64,000 nt of DNA, from the NCBI GenBank assembly GCA_015064555.1, contig SVRZ01000006.1, forward strand, positions 13,043-77,042, read 5' to 3'. Source of the DNA: Oscillospiraceae bacterium (GTDB lineage Bacteria > Bacillota > Clostridia > Oscillospirales > CAG-272). Both the position numbers and the translations under genes were made by a program. A model generated the notes under the pieces. It was not told the origin of the DNA and made no database searches. It saw only the letters and a list, made by a program, of their open reading frames with translations. Shown in pieces: positions 39,401-47,414 of this stretch (positions are counted from its first letter, which is position 1; each line of letters begins with the position of its first letter).

Positions 39401-40570
39401 TTCGTAGGTATCATGGGTAACCAGAACGGTGGCGAAACAGGTCACATTGACGCAGGCAACTTCGTATATGCAAACAAGGGTATTCTTTGGTTCGGCGACT
39501 TCGGCTCTGAGGATCCCGACGTATACGGATACAACTCCGAGGAGCACCGTTACGGATACTACAGAGTAACCGCAGAGGGCTCTAACGTAGTTATCGTAAC
39601 CTCCAACACGTTGGCTATGCCTAACGGTCAGTCTATTACAGGTAGCGGAACTATCACCGATTACTATACCTCCGAGTACGGTATGTATACTATTGTAGAC
39701 AATACCAACGCATATTCCGGTAATATCATCAGAGCACTCCGCGGAGTTCTCTTTACCAACGACCGTAACACCGTTGTTCTTCAGGATGAGATATCTTATC
39801 TCCGTCCTCAGTCCTACGTCTGGGTTGCGAACACTCCTCTTTCTTCGGCATTCATAAACGTTTCCGATGAGGATGGTGGAAAGACCGCTACTCTTACTCA
39901 GGAGATAGACGGCGTTTACTACAAGCTTCGTCTCAGCATAGTATCTTCATCCGGCAACCTTTCGTTCGAGGTCGTTGATGCTTACAAGTTCCTTATGAAC
40001 AGCACTCACGGAAGCGGATATGCTACCACTCAGGGAATGAACCCCGAGCTTGACAGAAGCGGATATCAGCGTCTTATCATCCGTTGCAACGATTCGACTC
40101 AGTTCAACTGCGCTGTTGTTATGGAGCTTCTCACCTCCGAGACTCTTGACGCAGAGGTTCAGTATGAGTACACCGAGATAGTTGACTGGAATGAGGATAC
40201 CGTTACCAAGACCTTCGTTCCTACCGTTGTCAATACCGACAGAATCGGTAACTCGGATATCACCGATATCCAGAACTACGGTGCAAAAATGCGTCAGCTT
40301 CTTGCTAACAAGACGATTGATGAAGGTTTAAGCTATGCATTCTATTCTCAGTTTAACGATTTCTACCGTTCTATGGTTCTTGTAGCGGCTGCGGTTTGTA
40401 CCTTCAAGCCCTCGGGAAAGGTTGACGGTACTGACGCTATACGTGAGGTAAGAGAGGCATATTATAATTATCTTGATGATCTGCAGCTGTACAATAATTT
40501 CAGAAATGAAATTAATTCTTACATGACAGAGTTCAATGATATGAGCATATACCTTTGCGGATATAACTGA
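36491..40570 (+). CDS. Large secreted protein (1359 aa) with copper amine oxidase N-terminal (stalk)-like domain and heparinase II/III-like polysaccharide lyase fold
   Basis: Signal peptide; APVKIDGTVYVPL stalk motif; HPYL, LALAYQIT, W.P.HF...ALAYDWLY, YAPDG and GHIDAGNF motifs. Confidence 0.78.
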   Translation: MKNKFSRIVSLVLILAFLVSSLAVFVYADNGTAASGSKAADTDDIVLLVNRTYHEGWNYANGFTTKANGNNFLVEYEETDNYDYNYYLRVSASGDSAGYMIMDYGADKAVYGHSIVEFDIKTDDLSKIGTIMEFTSQVGSKVHTYPVLSVLDGKLGTLNDNLNSNGVVQYNISSNPVDIEDTWHKVAAVFYVNQRVCPACGTIHSITGAMLESDIICCKGNDADGNPLGGVALGQMDALMTVRVYFGNSETFDYDNAVDAETVEVLDPTKTYYNEVRLDDRTELNLVRIGLPGGTNQTGHGYLLDNVKFYHGSEKPVDVSKLGYGKRVNEAAAKTEEILIPGAEKTVLQYINSGLVMKVGVDKCLNAGTKSNIFSNENGVAYGAPVKIDGTVYVPLQTVLDWIGYPMFEHEDGRSYDISTENGSTFITIGRTTATADGVVIELSAAPGIATDKVTGEEYVVVAIDDISKLFNGYFVTYDDMGLIVVSTGENLLDRETDLDVMLDIMRDLVFDYKTGEDFYETVKANTNNFTHPYLVADQTQFDLLNEAYMSETADANLKGYIASMLEDAEEVYAQYVAEDVTTGKYLKGAIVNPHVLTKEQEDAGVKGNNGYSTKTGRLDEAVEHNENIRTLALAYQITREDRYARLAYEMALSMGEWTHWGPAHFVNCADATSAYALAYDWLYNIWKDLGYNVELIEAELFSNGVHMGYLASGNGAFETKYSRNQGDDFDYASKTNSWNVAGTSGMAIASLALLGSEYIFNINNPSDDEENSITVYTQYVTEAKWLLENNLKSLTKIGLDMYAPDGSYFDSPSAWSYATEKLVLLSWALSTSVGNDLGIINTWGIDKTFYFALQTEYASAIFEKVPSGPYNEINHLVGYEYKYWMFNDSIGDVLDTSMLFYAASALEDYDLAAIRIKQAATKKISLWDVLGYNVEYADLDPDSVELALDYEFENCDGVISRSDWSGDGIFVGIMGNQNGGETGHIDAGNFVYANKGILWFGDFGSEDPDVYGYNSEEHRYGYYRVTAEGSNVVIVTSNTLAMPNGQSITGSGTITDYYTSEYGMYTIVDNTNAYSGNIIRALRGVLFTNDRNTVVLQDEISYLRPQSYVWVANTPLSSAFINVSDEDGGKTATLTQEIDGVYYKLRLSIVSSSGNLSFEVVDAYKFLMNSTHGSGYATTQGMNPELDRSGYQRLIIRCNDSTQFNCAVVMELLTSETLDAEVQYEYTEIVDWNEDTVTKTFVPTVVNTDRIGNSDITDIQNYGAKMRQLLANKTIDEGLSYAFYSQFNDFYRSMVLVAAAVCTFKPSGKVDGTDAIREVREAYYNYLDDLQLYNNFRNEINSYMTEFNDMSIYLCGYN

Positions 40571-40579
40571 TTCGCTTAA

Positions 40580-40634
40580 ATCAAACAAGCTACCGGCTCG
40601 AGCTTCAAAGGCTCGGGCCGGTAGCTTGTTTGAT
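40580..40634 (+). terminator. Long hairpin/terminator after the two-gene operon
   Basis: 24-bp near-perfect inverted repeat. Confidence 0.75.
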
Positions 40635-40787
40635 GTGGCTGTAGGCGGCTTGTTAAGGTGTGAGTATTTTTTTATCCAATAAGCTATATATGATATATTG
40701 AAGGGTATAGCTTTTTATTTTTGTTAAGTAATTACCTGAACATTTATATAGAACCCTTTATTAAACGATCCATTTATTGCAGAAGCA

Positions 40788-40836
40788 AAAAGAGTCAGCC
40801 TGAAGTGCGAAAAATACACTTCAGGCTGACTCTTTT
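40788..40836 (-). terminator. Terminator of kdgK
   Basis: Perfect 20-bp inverted repeat AAAAGAGTCAGCCTGAAGTG/CACTTCAGGCTGACTCTTTT. Confidence 0.85.
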
Positions 40837-40871
40837 AGGGAGAGCCCCCTGTTTTTATTTGATTTTTGTGA

Positions 40872-41897
40872 TCAGCGCTGGATTCTTCCGGTGCCGTTTC
40901 CGCCTGCGAGAGCCTTTACCTCATCAACGGAAACCATATTGAAGTCACCCTCGATGGTGTGCTTCAGGCAGGAAGCCGCAACTGCGAATTCAACAGCATC
41001 CTGAGTGGAATATCCGTTGAGGCAGGAATAGATAAGTCCGCCGCCGAAGCTATCGCCGCCGCCAACACGGTCAACGATATGCATATGATAGGACTTGGAG
41101 AAGCAGTACTCGCCGCTTGCTACATCGTAAAGAAGAGCTGCCCAGTCATTATCGTTTGCGCTGATGGAGGATCTGAGGGTTATAGCAACCTTCTCGAATC
41201 CGAACTTCTCAGCGAGCTGACGCGCAACCGACTTGTAGCCCTCGTGATTGAGCTTACCGCCTGCGATATCGGTGTTCTCAGCATCGATACCGAATACGTC
41301 GTGTGCATCCTCCTCGTTGGAGATGCAAACGTCAACGTACTTGCAAAGCTCGGTCATAGTCTTGCATGCTTCCTCTCTGGACCAGAGCTTCTTACGGAAG
41401 TTGAGGTCACAGGAGATCTTAACGCCTTTTGCCTTAGCAGCCTTACAAGCATCAAGGCAGATGCCTGCAACCGTGGGATTAAGAGCGGGAGTGATTCCGG
41501 TGAAGTGGAACCAATCTGCTCCGTCAAATATCTTCTCCCAATCGAAATCGGAGGGGCTTGCCATAGAGATAGCAGAATATGCTCTGTCGTAGATAACCTT
41601 GGAGGGACGCTGAGAAGCACCCTTTTCGTTATAGTAGATACCAACTCTGTCGCCGCCTCTTACGATCATAGAGGTGTCAACGCCGAACTTGCGCAGAGAA
41701 TTAACTGCTGCCTGTCCGATCTCGTGCTTGGGGAGCTTGGTTACAAACGCGGAATCGATTCCGTAATTTGCAAGAGAAACCGATACGTTTGCTTCGCCTC
41801 CTCCGTAAACCGCACCGAATTTCTCTGCCTGTGCAAAGCGGAGATATCCCTCAGGCGCAAGTCTGAGCATAATTTCGCCAAATGTTACAACTTTCAT
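40872..41897 (-). CDS. kdgK: 2-keto-3-deoxygluconate kinase (PfkB family)
   Basis: FGEIMLRL, GGGEANV, YDR..SA, HFTGITPAL and DRVGGGDSF motifs. Confidence 0.88.
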   Translation of the reverse strand: MKVVTFGEIMLRLAPEGYLRFAQAEKFGAVYGGGEANVSVSLANYGIDSAFVTKLPKHEIGQAAVNSLRKFGVDTSMIVRGGDRVGIYYNEKGASQRPSKVIYDRAYSAISMASPSDFDWEKIFDGADWFHFTGITPALNPTVAGICLDACKAAKAKGVKISCDLNFRKKLWSREEACKTMTELCKYVDVCISNEEDAHDVFGIDAENTDIAGGKLNHEGYKSVARQLAEKFGFEKVAITLRSSISANDNDWAALLYDVASGEYCFSKSYHMHIVDRVGGGDSFGGGLIYSCLNGYSTQDAVEFAVAASCLKHTIEGDFNMVSVDEVKALAGGNGTGRIQR

Positions 41898-41962
41898 TTT
41901 TATTTCCTTTCGAATATAATTATTTCAAAATGTTTTGCATATAGTTAAGTATCGATCGGGAT

Positions 41963-42205
41963 TTAAAGTGCAGACAGCTCCTCGATACAAGCGCGGCATA
42001 CCTTTTTATCCTTGTGATCCACAAGCGCATCGGTGCTTCCGCAGAAATGACAGCCTGTGTAGTAGCGCGAGAGCATGATCCGATTACCCTCCACAGATAT
42101 TTCTATTGCGGAGCCGACGGGCATATCAAGCTTTTTACGAAGCTCCTTGGGTATTACAAGACGGCCAAGCTCATCAATATTGCGAACTATTCCTGTTGCT
42201 TTCAT
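41963..42205 (-). CDS. abrB: AbrB family transition-state regulator
   Basis: MKATGIVRNIDELGRLVIPKELR; C-terminal CxxC...CxxC. Confidence 0.9.
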   Translation of the reverse strand: MKATGIVRNIDELGRLVIPKELRKKLDMPVGSAIEISVEGNRIMLSRYYTGCHFCGSTDALVDHKDKKVCRACIEELSAL

Positions 42206-42278
42206 AAAACCTCCTTATAGGGCGTAATGTTAAGCGGCAGTGATGTGACCTTTGCGAGGTCATTCGCTCCCAAATACG

Positions 42279-42307
42279 ATTTTATCATAAAATACCTTGA
42301 ATGTCAA
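42279..42307 (-). promoter_or_regulatory. Sigma-A promoter of abrB
   Basis: TTGACA-17-TAAAAT with TG extension on the - strand. Confidence 0.7.
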
Positions 42308-42428
42308 GGTTAAGATAATAACTCATAAGAAGAATTTTTGTATATTTTGGAAAATAAAACAGTAAAAAAGACGTATTTTGCACAAACTCGCAAAGCTTTG
42401 GGCAAAAGTATTCATCAGGAGGAAAAAT

Positions 42429-43322
42429 ATGAGTGTTTTACTGGCAAAAAACGGTGCACGTGAGGCAATTCTTTGTCGCCTTTCCGAGCTTATATCGCCC
42501 TTGGTATATGCCGAGATCGAAAGGATCGGAGCATCCAGAGCCGATTTTCCGATCGGACTCACCGAGCTGCGCCTCAGGCGCTTCGGCAGGAGCAGTATGG
42601 TTCTTTCGGGGGAGAATATCCTTCTTTCATACCGGCCCGGCGAGAAGGATATGGAGAGACTTTTGGATAAATTGACCGGAGGCTCGCTCTACGCTCATTC
42701 GTCGCAGCTGAAGGACGGGTTCATCTCGGTCGGTGACGGGATACGCGTTGGCGTTTATGGGGACAGCGAGCTTGTGAGCGCATCCGATGTCAGCGGTGTA
42801 GTAATACGTCTGCCGCTCGGTCGATGCAGCTGTATCGAAGGAATTTTCAATGAGTGGCAGCGCCATTGTAAGCGCGGAATGCTGATATATTCTTTGCCCG
42901 GAGGCGGTAAAACAACTGCCTTGCGCGCGCTTGCGGGGAAGCTTGGCGGTGAATGCGGAATGCGTGTCGCGGTGATAGACGAGAGACGCGAGTTCATAAG
43001 GGAGGAGTATATCGATGCCACAGTGGACATAGTATGCGGCTCCTCTAAGGCAAGAGGTATAGAGATGGCGATACGAACACTCTCTCCCGAGGTTCTGATA
43101 GTGGACGAGATAGGAGCGGAAGAGGAATGCCGGGCTTTGCTCGGTGTGGGAAGAGGAGGCGTGCCGATCATCGCCACCTCGCACGCGGGCGGTATAGACG
43201 AGCTTCTTGAAAAAAGATCGGTAGCTCCGCTTATCCGTGCAGGGTATTTTGATAGGTTCGTAGGTCTTTATCGCGATAGAGGCGGATTCCGATTCTGCTC
43301 ATCGGGGCTTGGTGAGGGCTGA
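42429..43322 (+). CDS. spoIIIAA: Stage III sporulation ATPase SpoIIIAA
   Basis: ELRLR, LYAH..QL..GFI...G.RVGV.G, PGGGKTT.LR, IDER.E and IRTLSPE..IVDEIG motifs. Confidence 0.88.
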   Translation: MSVLLAKNGAREAILCRLSELISPLVYAEIERIGASRADFPIGLTELRLRRFGRSSMVLSGENILLSYRPGEKDMERLLDKLTGGSLYAHSSQLKDGFISVGDGIRVGVYGDSELVSASDVSGVVIRLPLGRCSCIEGIFNEWQRHCKRGMLIYSLPGGGKTTALRALAGKLGGECGMRVAVIDERREFIREEYIDATVDIVCGSSKARGIEMAIRTLSPEVLIVDEIGAEEECRALLGVGRGGVPIIATSHAGGIDELLEKRSVAPLIRAGYFDRFVGLYRDRGGFRFCSSGLGEG

Positions 43323-43804
43323 TGCGCTTGCTCTTGTTCATCTTGATAGCATCGGGCTTGGTCGCTTATTTTTACCTCGAGGTGCAAGACGTTCGGCGAA
43401 GAGCGCTGGAATACGAGGACGTCGGCAGACTTATTTCTGCGATCAGGCGCGGTATCGCAGGGGGCAGAGAGCTCTGCGATCTTATCGGCGGTGCTGAGGT
43501 GCGGTCTGAGGGCGGCAAACGTTTGAAAAAGGCTATAGAGAAAAGCAGATACGAAAACGGTTGGCGCGAGGGTGTGTCTTTTTGCGGCATCGGCCTCGAT
43601 GAAGAGGATATGAGAAGACTCTGTGTCTATTTTTCGGATTTCGGCAAGGGAACAGACGGAGCAGAGCTTCGCGGTGCGGCAGAGCTTCAGGAGCATTTTT
43701 GCAAAAAGGAAAAGCAGATCGCCGCATCCGCAGAGAGCACCGTAAGGAGCGGTGCGGTAATGCTCGCGGCGGCAGTGCTCGGACTTTTAATACTTATATA
43801 CTAG
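43322..43804 (+). CDS. spoIIIAB: Stage III sporulation protein AB
   Basis: Position, size, N- and C-terminal TM segments, F..FG..D motif. Confidence 0.7.
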   Translation: MRLLLFILIASGLVAYFYLEVQDVRRRALEYEDVGRLISAIRRGIAGGRELCDLIGGAEVRSEGGKRLKKAIEKSRYENGWREGVSFCGIGLDEEDMRRLCVYFSDFGKGTDGAELRGAAELQEHFCKKEKQIAASAESTVRSGAVMLAAAVLGLLILIY

Positions 43805-43864
43805 CGTGCTATGCCGAATGAGGTGTAACAGACCTTTACAATAAAGATAAAGTTAGGAAGAAAA

Positions 43865-44059
43865 ATGGATTTCGATTTTGTTATAAAGGCGGCGGGCATA
43901 GGAATGCTTGTGGCTGTCACGTGTCAGATATTATCGAGAATAGGTCGTGAGGATCAGTCATCCCTTGTTTCGCTTGCGGGAATAGTCGCCCTTCTGCTCA
44001 TGCTGATAAATGAGATAGCATCACTCGTTGAGGCCGTGCGCGGTATTTTTGGTATTTGA
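43865..44059 (+). CDS. spoIIIAC: Stage III sporulation protein AC
   Basis: MD...IKAAGIG.LVAV..QIL...GRE.Q..LV.LAG; 64 aa. Confidence 0.9.
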   Translation: MDFDFVIKAAGIGMLVAVTCQILSRIGREDQSSLVSLAGIVALLLMLINEIASLVEAVRGIFGI

Positions 44060-44060
44060 T

Positions 44061-44492
44061 ATGCCGTTGCCCTTTAATTTTTGTCTTGAGATATACACGG
44101 GTGAGGGGCAAAGCTTTAATGGAACTCTGCTTATTCTCATCCTCTCTGCCGTGCTCGCAGTAATAATGAAGGGCCTCGGCTTTCGCGGAGCGAGCATTTT
44201 TACAGCTCTTATCTATCTCGTTCTTGTGAGAAATGCCGTGGCTATGTTATCGGAGATATCGGGTGTTATGAGGCTCTTCGCCTCCGAAAGCGGAGCGGAA
44301 AAATATATCACGGCGGCGGCAAGAGTCATAGGCGTGGGCTATCTTGGATATGCCGCCTCCGAGGTCTGCCGTGAGCTTGGAGAGAACGGAATATCGGGAG
44401 CGATACTCACCGCCACGAGAATGGAGATGATCCTCTCTTCGTTGCCCTTCATAAAAGAGATCTTCAATATAGCTGTGGATCTTATCGGGTAG
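44061..44492 (+). CDS. spoIIIAD: Stage III sporulation protein AD (start uncertain)
   Basis: YI....RVIGVGYL....SEVCRELGE..I motif; position. Confidence 0.75.
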   Translation: MPLPFNFCLEIYTGEGQSFNGTLLILILSAVLAVIMKGLGFRGASIFTALIYLVLVRNAVAMLSEISGVMRLFASESGAEKYITAAARVIGVGYLGYAASEVCRELGENGISGAILTATRMEMILSSLPFIKEIFNIAVDLIG

Positions 44493-44501
44493 GGGGCTGT
44501 T

Positions 44502-45671
44502 ATGAATCGTAAAAGCTGCAAAAGAGGATTGAAAATAGTCCTGTTTTTTGTGTTCATATTTACTTTTGTTCTCTCGGCTTGTTCATTTACATTCGATGCG
44601 GAAAACGAGAAATATGAAAATGATAGTTTACAAAACACCGATGAAAATGATAAAGGCGCACCCGAGGATGCCGAGCTTTTAAGAATATGGAATGAGTTCT
44701 TAAGCATACTGCCGGAAGGATTTTTCGACAAAGATGATCCTCTTGGTGACACGGACGGAATAAGCGACGTCTTGAGTTTTCTTCGCGAAAATGCATTCGG
44801 CGCGGATTTCGGGAAAAGGTTCTTCCTGTTTTTGGGGATATGTATTCTCCTCTGTCTTGCCGACGTTTTGTGCGCGGACTCGGCAGAGCTTTCCGGCGTG
44901 ATGGGTGCGGCGGTAAGGATATGTCTTTCGATACCCATACTCATATCCTCCGGCGAGATGATATCAAACGCCGTGGAGGGGATAATCTCGGGCGGCGAAT
45001 TCTTTGCGCTCCTTGTGCCGATAGCTACCTCTGTGTCTGCTATTGCATCGGGCGCCTCGCTCTCTTATGCCTCTGCCGCGGGTATGAGTCTTGCGCTTTC
45101 ATTCGTTTCCGGGATAGCGGTAAAGATACTTATGCCGCTGGCGGCACTGATATTTGCCGCCTCTCTTGTATCGACCGTAGACGGCGGCGGTGCGGTCGAT
45201 GAGGTGATAAAGGGGATACGCGGAGCTTTCTCCTTCTTTATGGGACTCGTCACGCTCCTTATTCTTGCTGTAGTTACGTTTAACACGGTAATAGCCGCGA
45301 GCTCTGATTCTCTGGTGCTCCGAGGAGCAAAGTACGCGATCGCAAATATGCTGCCCGTAGTCGGAAACGTCATCTCGGGAACCTTGGCGTCCATATCCTC
45401 GGGGGTAAAGCTTCTTTCCTCCAGCATAGGGGCTCTGTCGGTAATAACCCTCCTTTCGTTTATAGGAGCGCCGCTTTTTTCCTTGCTCGGAATAAGATTA
45501 TGCCTGGGGGCGTGTATAGCCTTGTCCTCATTTTCGGGCTCAGGCTTTTCGAAGGGCTTTTATTTATCCCTGCGCTCGTCGCTCGATTGCCTTATATCGG
45601 TGGTAGGTGCGTGCGGAGTTGTGTACGTTTTTGAGGTGATAATGTTTTTTGGCGCATTGCCCGGAGGTTAA
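44502..45671 (+). CDS. spoIIIAE: Stage III sporulation protein AE
   Basis: Polytopic; D....R.AKY......PVVG..ISG motif; position. Confidence 0.82.
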   Translation: MNRKSCKRGLKIVLFFVFIFTFVLSACSFTFDAENEKYENDSLQNTDENDKGAPEDAELLRIWNEFLSILPEGFFDKDDPLGDTDGISDVLSFLRENAFGADFGKRFFLFLGICILLCLADVLCADSAELSGVMGAAVRICLSIPILISSGEMISNAVEGIISGGEFFALLVPIATSVSAIASGASLSYASAAGMSLALSFVSGIAVKILMPLAALIFAASLVSTVDGGGAVDEVIKGIRGAFSFFMGLVTLLILAVVTFNTVIAASSDSLVLRGAKYAIANMLPVVGNVISGTLASISSGVKLLSSSIGALSVITLLSFIGAPLFSLLGIRLCLGACIALSSFSGSGFSKGFYLSLRSSLDCLISVVGACGVVYVFEVIMFFGALPGG

Positions 45672-45672
45672 A

Positions 45673-46125
45673 ATGGAGCAAACAGCGATCTACGTTATAT
45701 CGACCGTTGCTGCGGTCGCTCTTGCCTCCTTTTCATCATTGAATAATAGGATGCGGGAGGCAATAAAGCCGACTCTGGGGATTATCCTTCTTGCCGCCCT
45801 GTTGGCACCCCTGCCGGACATAATAGCCGCCATCGGCGACATGGAGGTAAACCTTCCGTCCGATGAGCTTTCGCAGAGTGTGACCGAGGATGCCGCAGAG
45901 GATGCATTTTGTCGCGGTATATGCTCGGCAATTGCGGAAAAATTCGACCTCGATGCCGATTCTCTGACGGTGGAATGTATAGGCTTTTCCTTTTCGGAAA
46001 TGCGCGCAGAGCTTATCCGTGTCGAGCTATCCGGACGCGCGGTCCTTGCCGACCGCATCGGCATAGAAGGTTATATAGAAAAGGCGGGACTCGGTAATTG
46101 TGAGGTGGTGATACTAATTGAATAA
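45673..46125 (+). CDS. spoIIIAF: Stage III sporulation protein AF
   Basis: Two N-terminal TM segments then an RBM-like alpha/beta domain; position. Confidence 0.65.
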   Translation: MEQTAIYVISTVAAVALASFSSLNNRMREAIKPTLGIILLAALLAPLPDIIAAIGDMEVNLPSDELSQSVTEDAAEDAFCRGICSAIAEKFDLDADSLTVECIGFSFSEMRAELIRVELSGRAVLADRIGIEGYIEKAGLGNCEVVILIE

Positions 46126-46531
46126 TGTTACGGATGTTATAAAGAGGATATTGGGGGATAAGAAGAAAATACTTCTGCTTCTGCTCGCTCTTATGGCGGC
46201 TCTGCTTATATTCATTCCTCAGGACAAAGGAAAGAGCATCGAGGAGACTACTCTCAGCGAATATAAGCAAACCTTTGAAAAGGAGCTTGCCGAGCTATGC
46301 TCATCTATTGACGGTGTCGGCAGATGCCGTGTCAGCGTCAGCTTTGCCGAGGGCGAGAGCTTCAAATACAACGGTGGCAAGATAGTATCATCCTCGCCTC
46401 CGAGGGTCCAGGGGATCACCGTCATATGCGACGGCGGTGACGATGATCGTGTGCGCGCAGAGCTGTGTGACTGTATGACTGCTCTATTTGATATAGGAAG
46501 CAACCGTGTCTGCGTGCTCAGGCTGAAATAA
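46118..46531 (+). CDS. spoIIIAG: Stage III sporulation protein AG (short variant)
   Basis: Y....E..L.....IDGVG...V.V, P.VQG..V.C.GG, LF.I...RV.V motifs; TTG start. Confidence 0.85.
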   Translation: MNNVTDVIKRILGDKKKILLLLLALMAALLIFIPQDKGKSIEETTLSEYKQTFEKELAELCSSIDGVGRCRVSVSFAEGESFKYNGGKIVSSSPPRVQGITVICDGGDDDRVRAELCDCMTALFDIGSNRVCVLRLK

Positions 46532-46569
46532 AAGACCGAAAATGAGAAAAAAAGAGCTGCGATTTTGTA

Positions 46570-46596
46570 ATATAGCCGATTCGGCGGGCATATGCT
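46570..46596 (+). promoter_or_regulatory. Putative sigma-E promoter for spoIIIAH
   Basis: ATA-N16-CATATGCT in the AG-AH intergenic gap. Confidence 0.5.
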
Positions 46597-46628
46597 TAAT
46601 CAGTAACAAAAAAAGGAGAATTGCATAA

Positions 46629-47180
46629 ATGAAAACCGAAAAGCTCAAAAAAATCTTTTCCACCAAAACGGCAAGAAGCGTCGTTGTGATCGCTGCCGTG
46701 CTTCTCGTCGGACTTGCGGTATATCTCAATTACCGTTGGTTCTATGATCCCTCTGCCTCCATCGGATACGGCGATAATAATATGGAGGACAATTTCGATG
46801 ATTCTGCCGAGACGAATATGAATGCTCAGCAGGCAAACGATTACTTCACCTCTGCCGCGCTTGCCCGTCGCCAGTCAAGGGATGAGGCGCTCGACGTTCT
46901 CGGCATCGTTTCATCCTCCGAGGATGCGGATGAGCAGACACGTGCCGATGCTCAGGCAAAAATGTCTAAAATAGCATCGGATATCCAGAATGAGGCGAAT
47001 ATCGAGGCTCTTGTCAAGGCAAAGGGCTTTGACGAGTGCGTTGCCGTCATAGGTGAGGATACGGTCAGTGTTATAGTCAAGGCAGAGACTCTGCAGGCGA
47101 AGGATACCGCGCAGATACTTGCGATAGTCTATGAAACGACCGGAATCAGCCCCGAGAAGATAAGCATAATCAACAAATAA
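46629..47180 (+). CDS. spoIIIAH: Stage III sporulation protein AH
   Basis: AVYLNY TM, DYF..A.L.R...R and E..IE.LVKAKGF.ECV motifs. Confidence 0.92.
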   Translation: MKTEKLKKIFSTKTARSVVVIAAVLLVGLAVYLNYRWFYDPSASIGYGDNNMEDNFDDSAETNMNAQQANDYFTSAALARRQSRDEALDVLGIVSSSEDADEQTRADAQAKMSKIASDIQNEANIEALVKAKGFDECVAVIGEDTVSVIVKAETLQAKDTAQILAIVYETTGISPEKISIINK

Positions 47181-47194
47181 AGCGTATTGAACCC

Positions 47195-47274
47195 AGGCAG
47201 AGATAGGACTTATGGGAACCGAGCGGAGAATACCGCATCCTTCACCCCGAGCGTCCGATATCTCTGCCTTTTTT
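47195..47274 (+). terminator. Long hairpin with T-run ending the spoIIIA operon
   Basis: AGGCAGAGATA/TATCTCTGCCT plus GGAC/GTCC, followed by T-run. Confidence 0.6.
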
Positions 47275-47348
47275 CGGTCGGGGAGCACGTCCGACCTTCG
47301 GTATGCCGACCTTTTGAGTATTTTTCGTCCGATGAAGGGAATAAAATA

Positions 47349-47377
47349 TTGACAACGGTGCTTTTATGTGCTAAAAT
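47349..47377 (+). promoter_or_regulatory. Sigma-A promoter of asd
   Basis: TTGACA-17-TAAAAT with TG extension. Confidence 0.7.
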
Positions 47378-47414
47378 ACATCATATATATTTTAAAAAGC
47401 GGAGGCAGAAGCAG

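Noticed and set aside
31345-40634. Possible genomic island inserted at comM, a known integration hotspot
   Set aside because: comM is intact, I see no integrase or att-like repeats, and the downstream genes have host-like codon usage
42206-42428. Spo0A boxes at abrB and a sigma-E promoter for spoIIIAA
   Set aside because: I found no TGNCGAA match and no well-spaced sigma-E consensus, so neither was annotated
4628-47266. GATATCTCTG occurring in three intergenic hairpin regions (about 4628, 13110 and 47257)
   Set aside because: GATATC is very frequent in this sequence and the flanks do not align; probably chance
47187-47414. 76-aa N-terminal extension of asd, or a lysine riboswitch
   Set aside because: The region holds the spoIIIA terminator and the asd promoter, and the short leader after that promoter has no room for an aptamer
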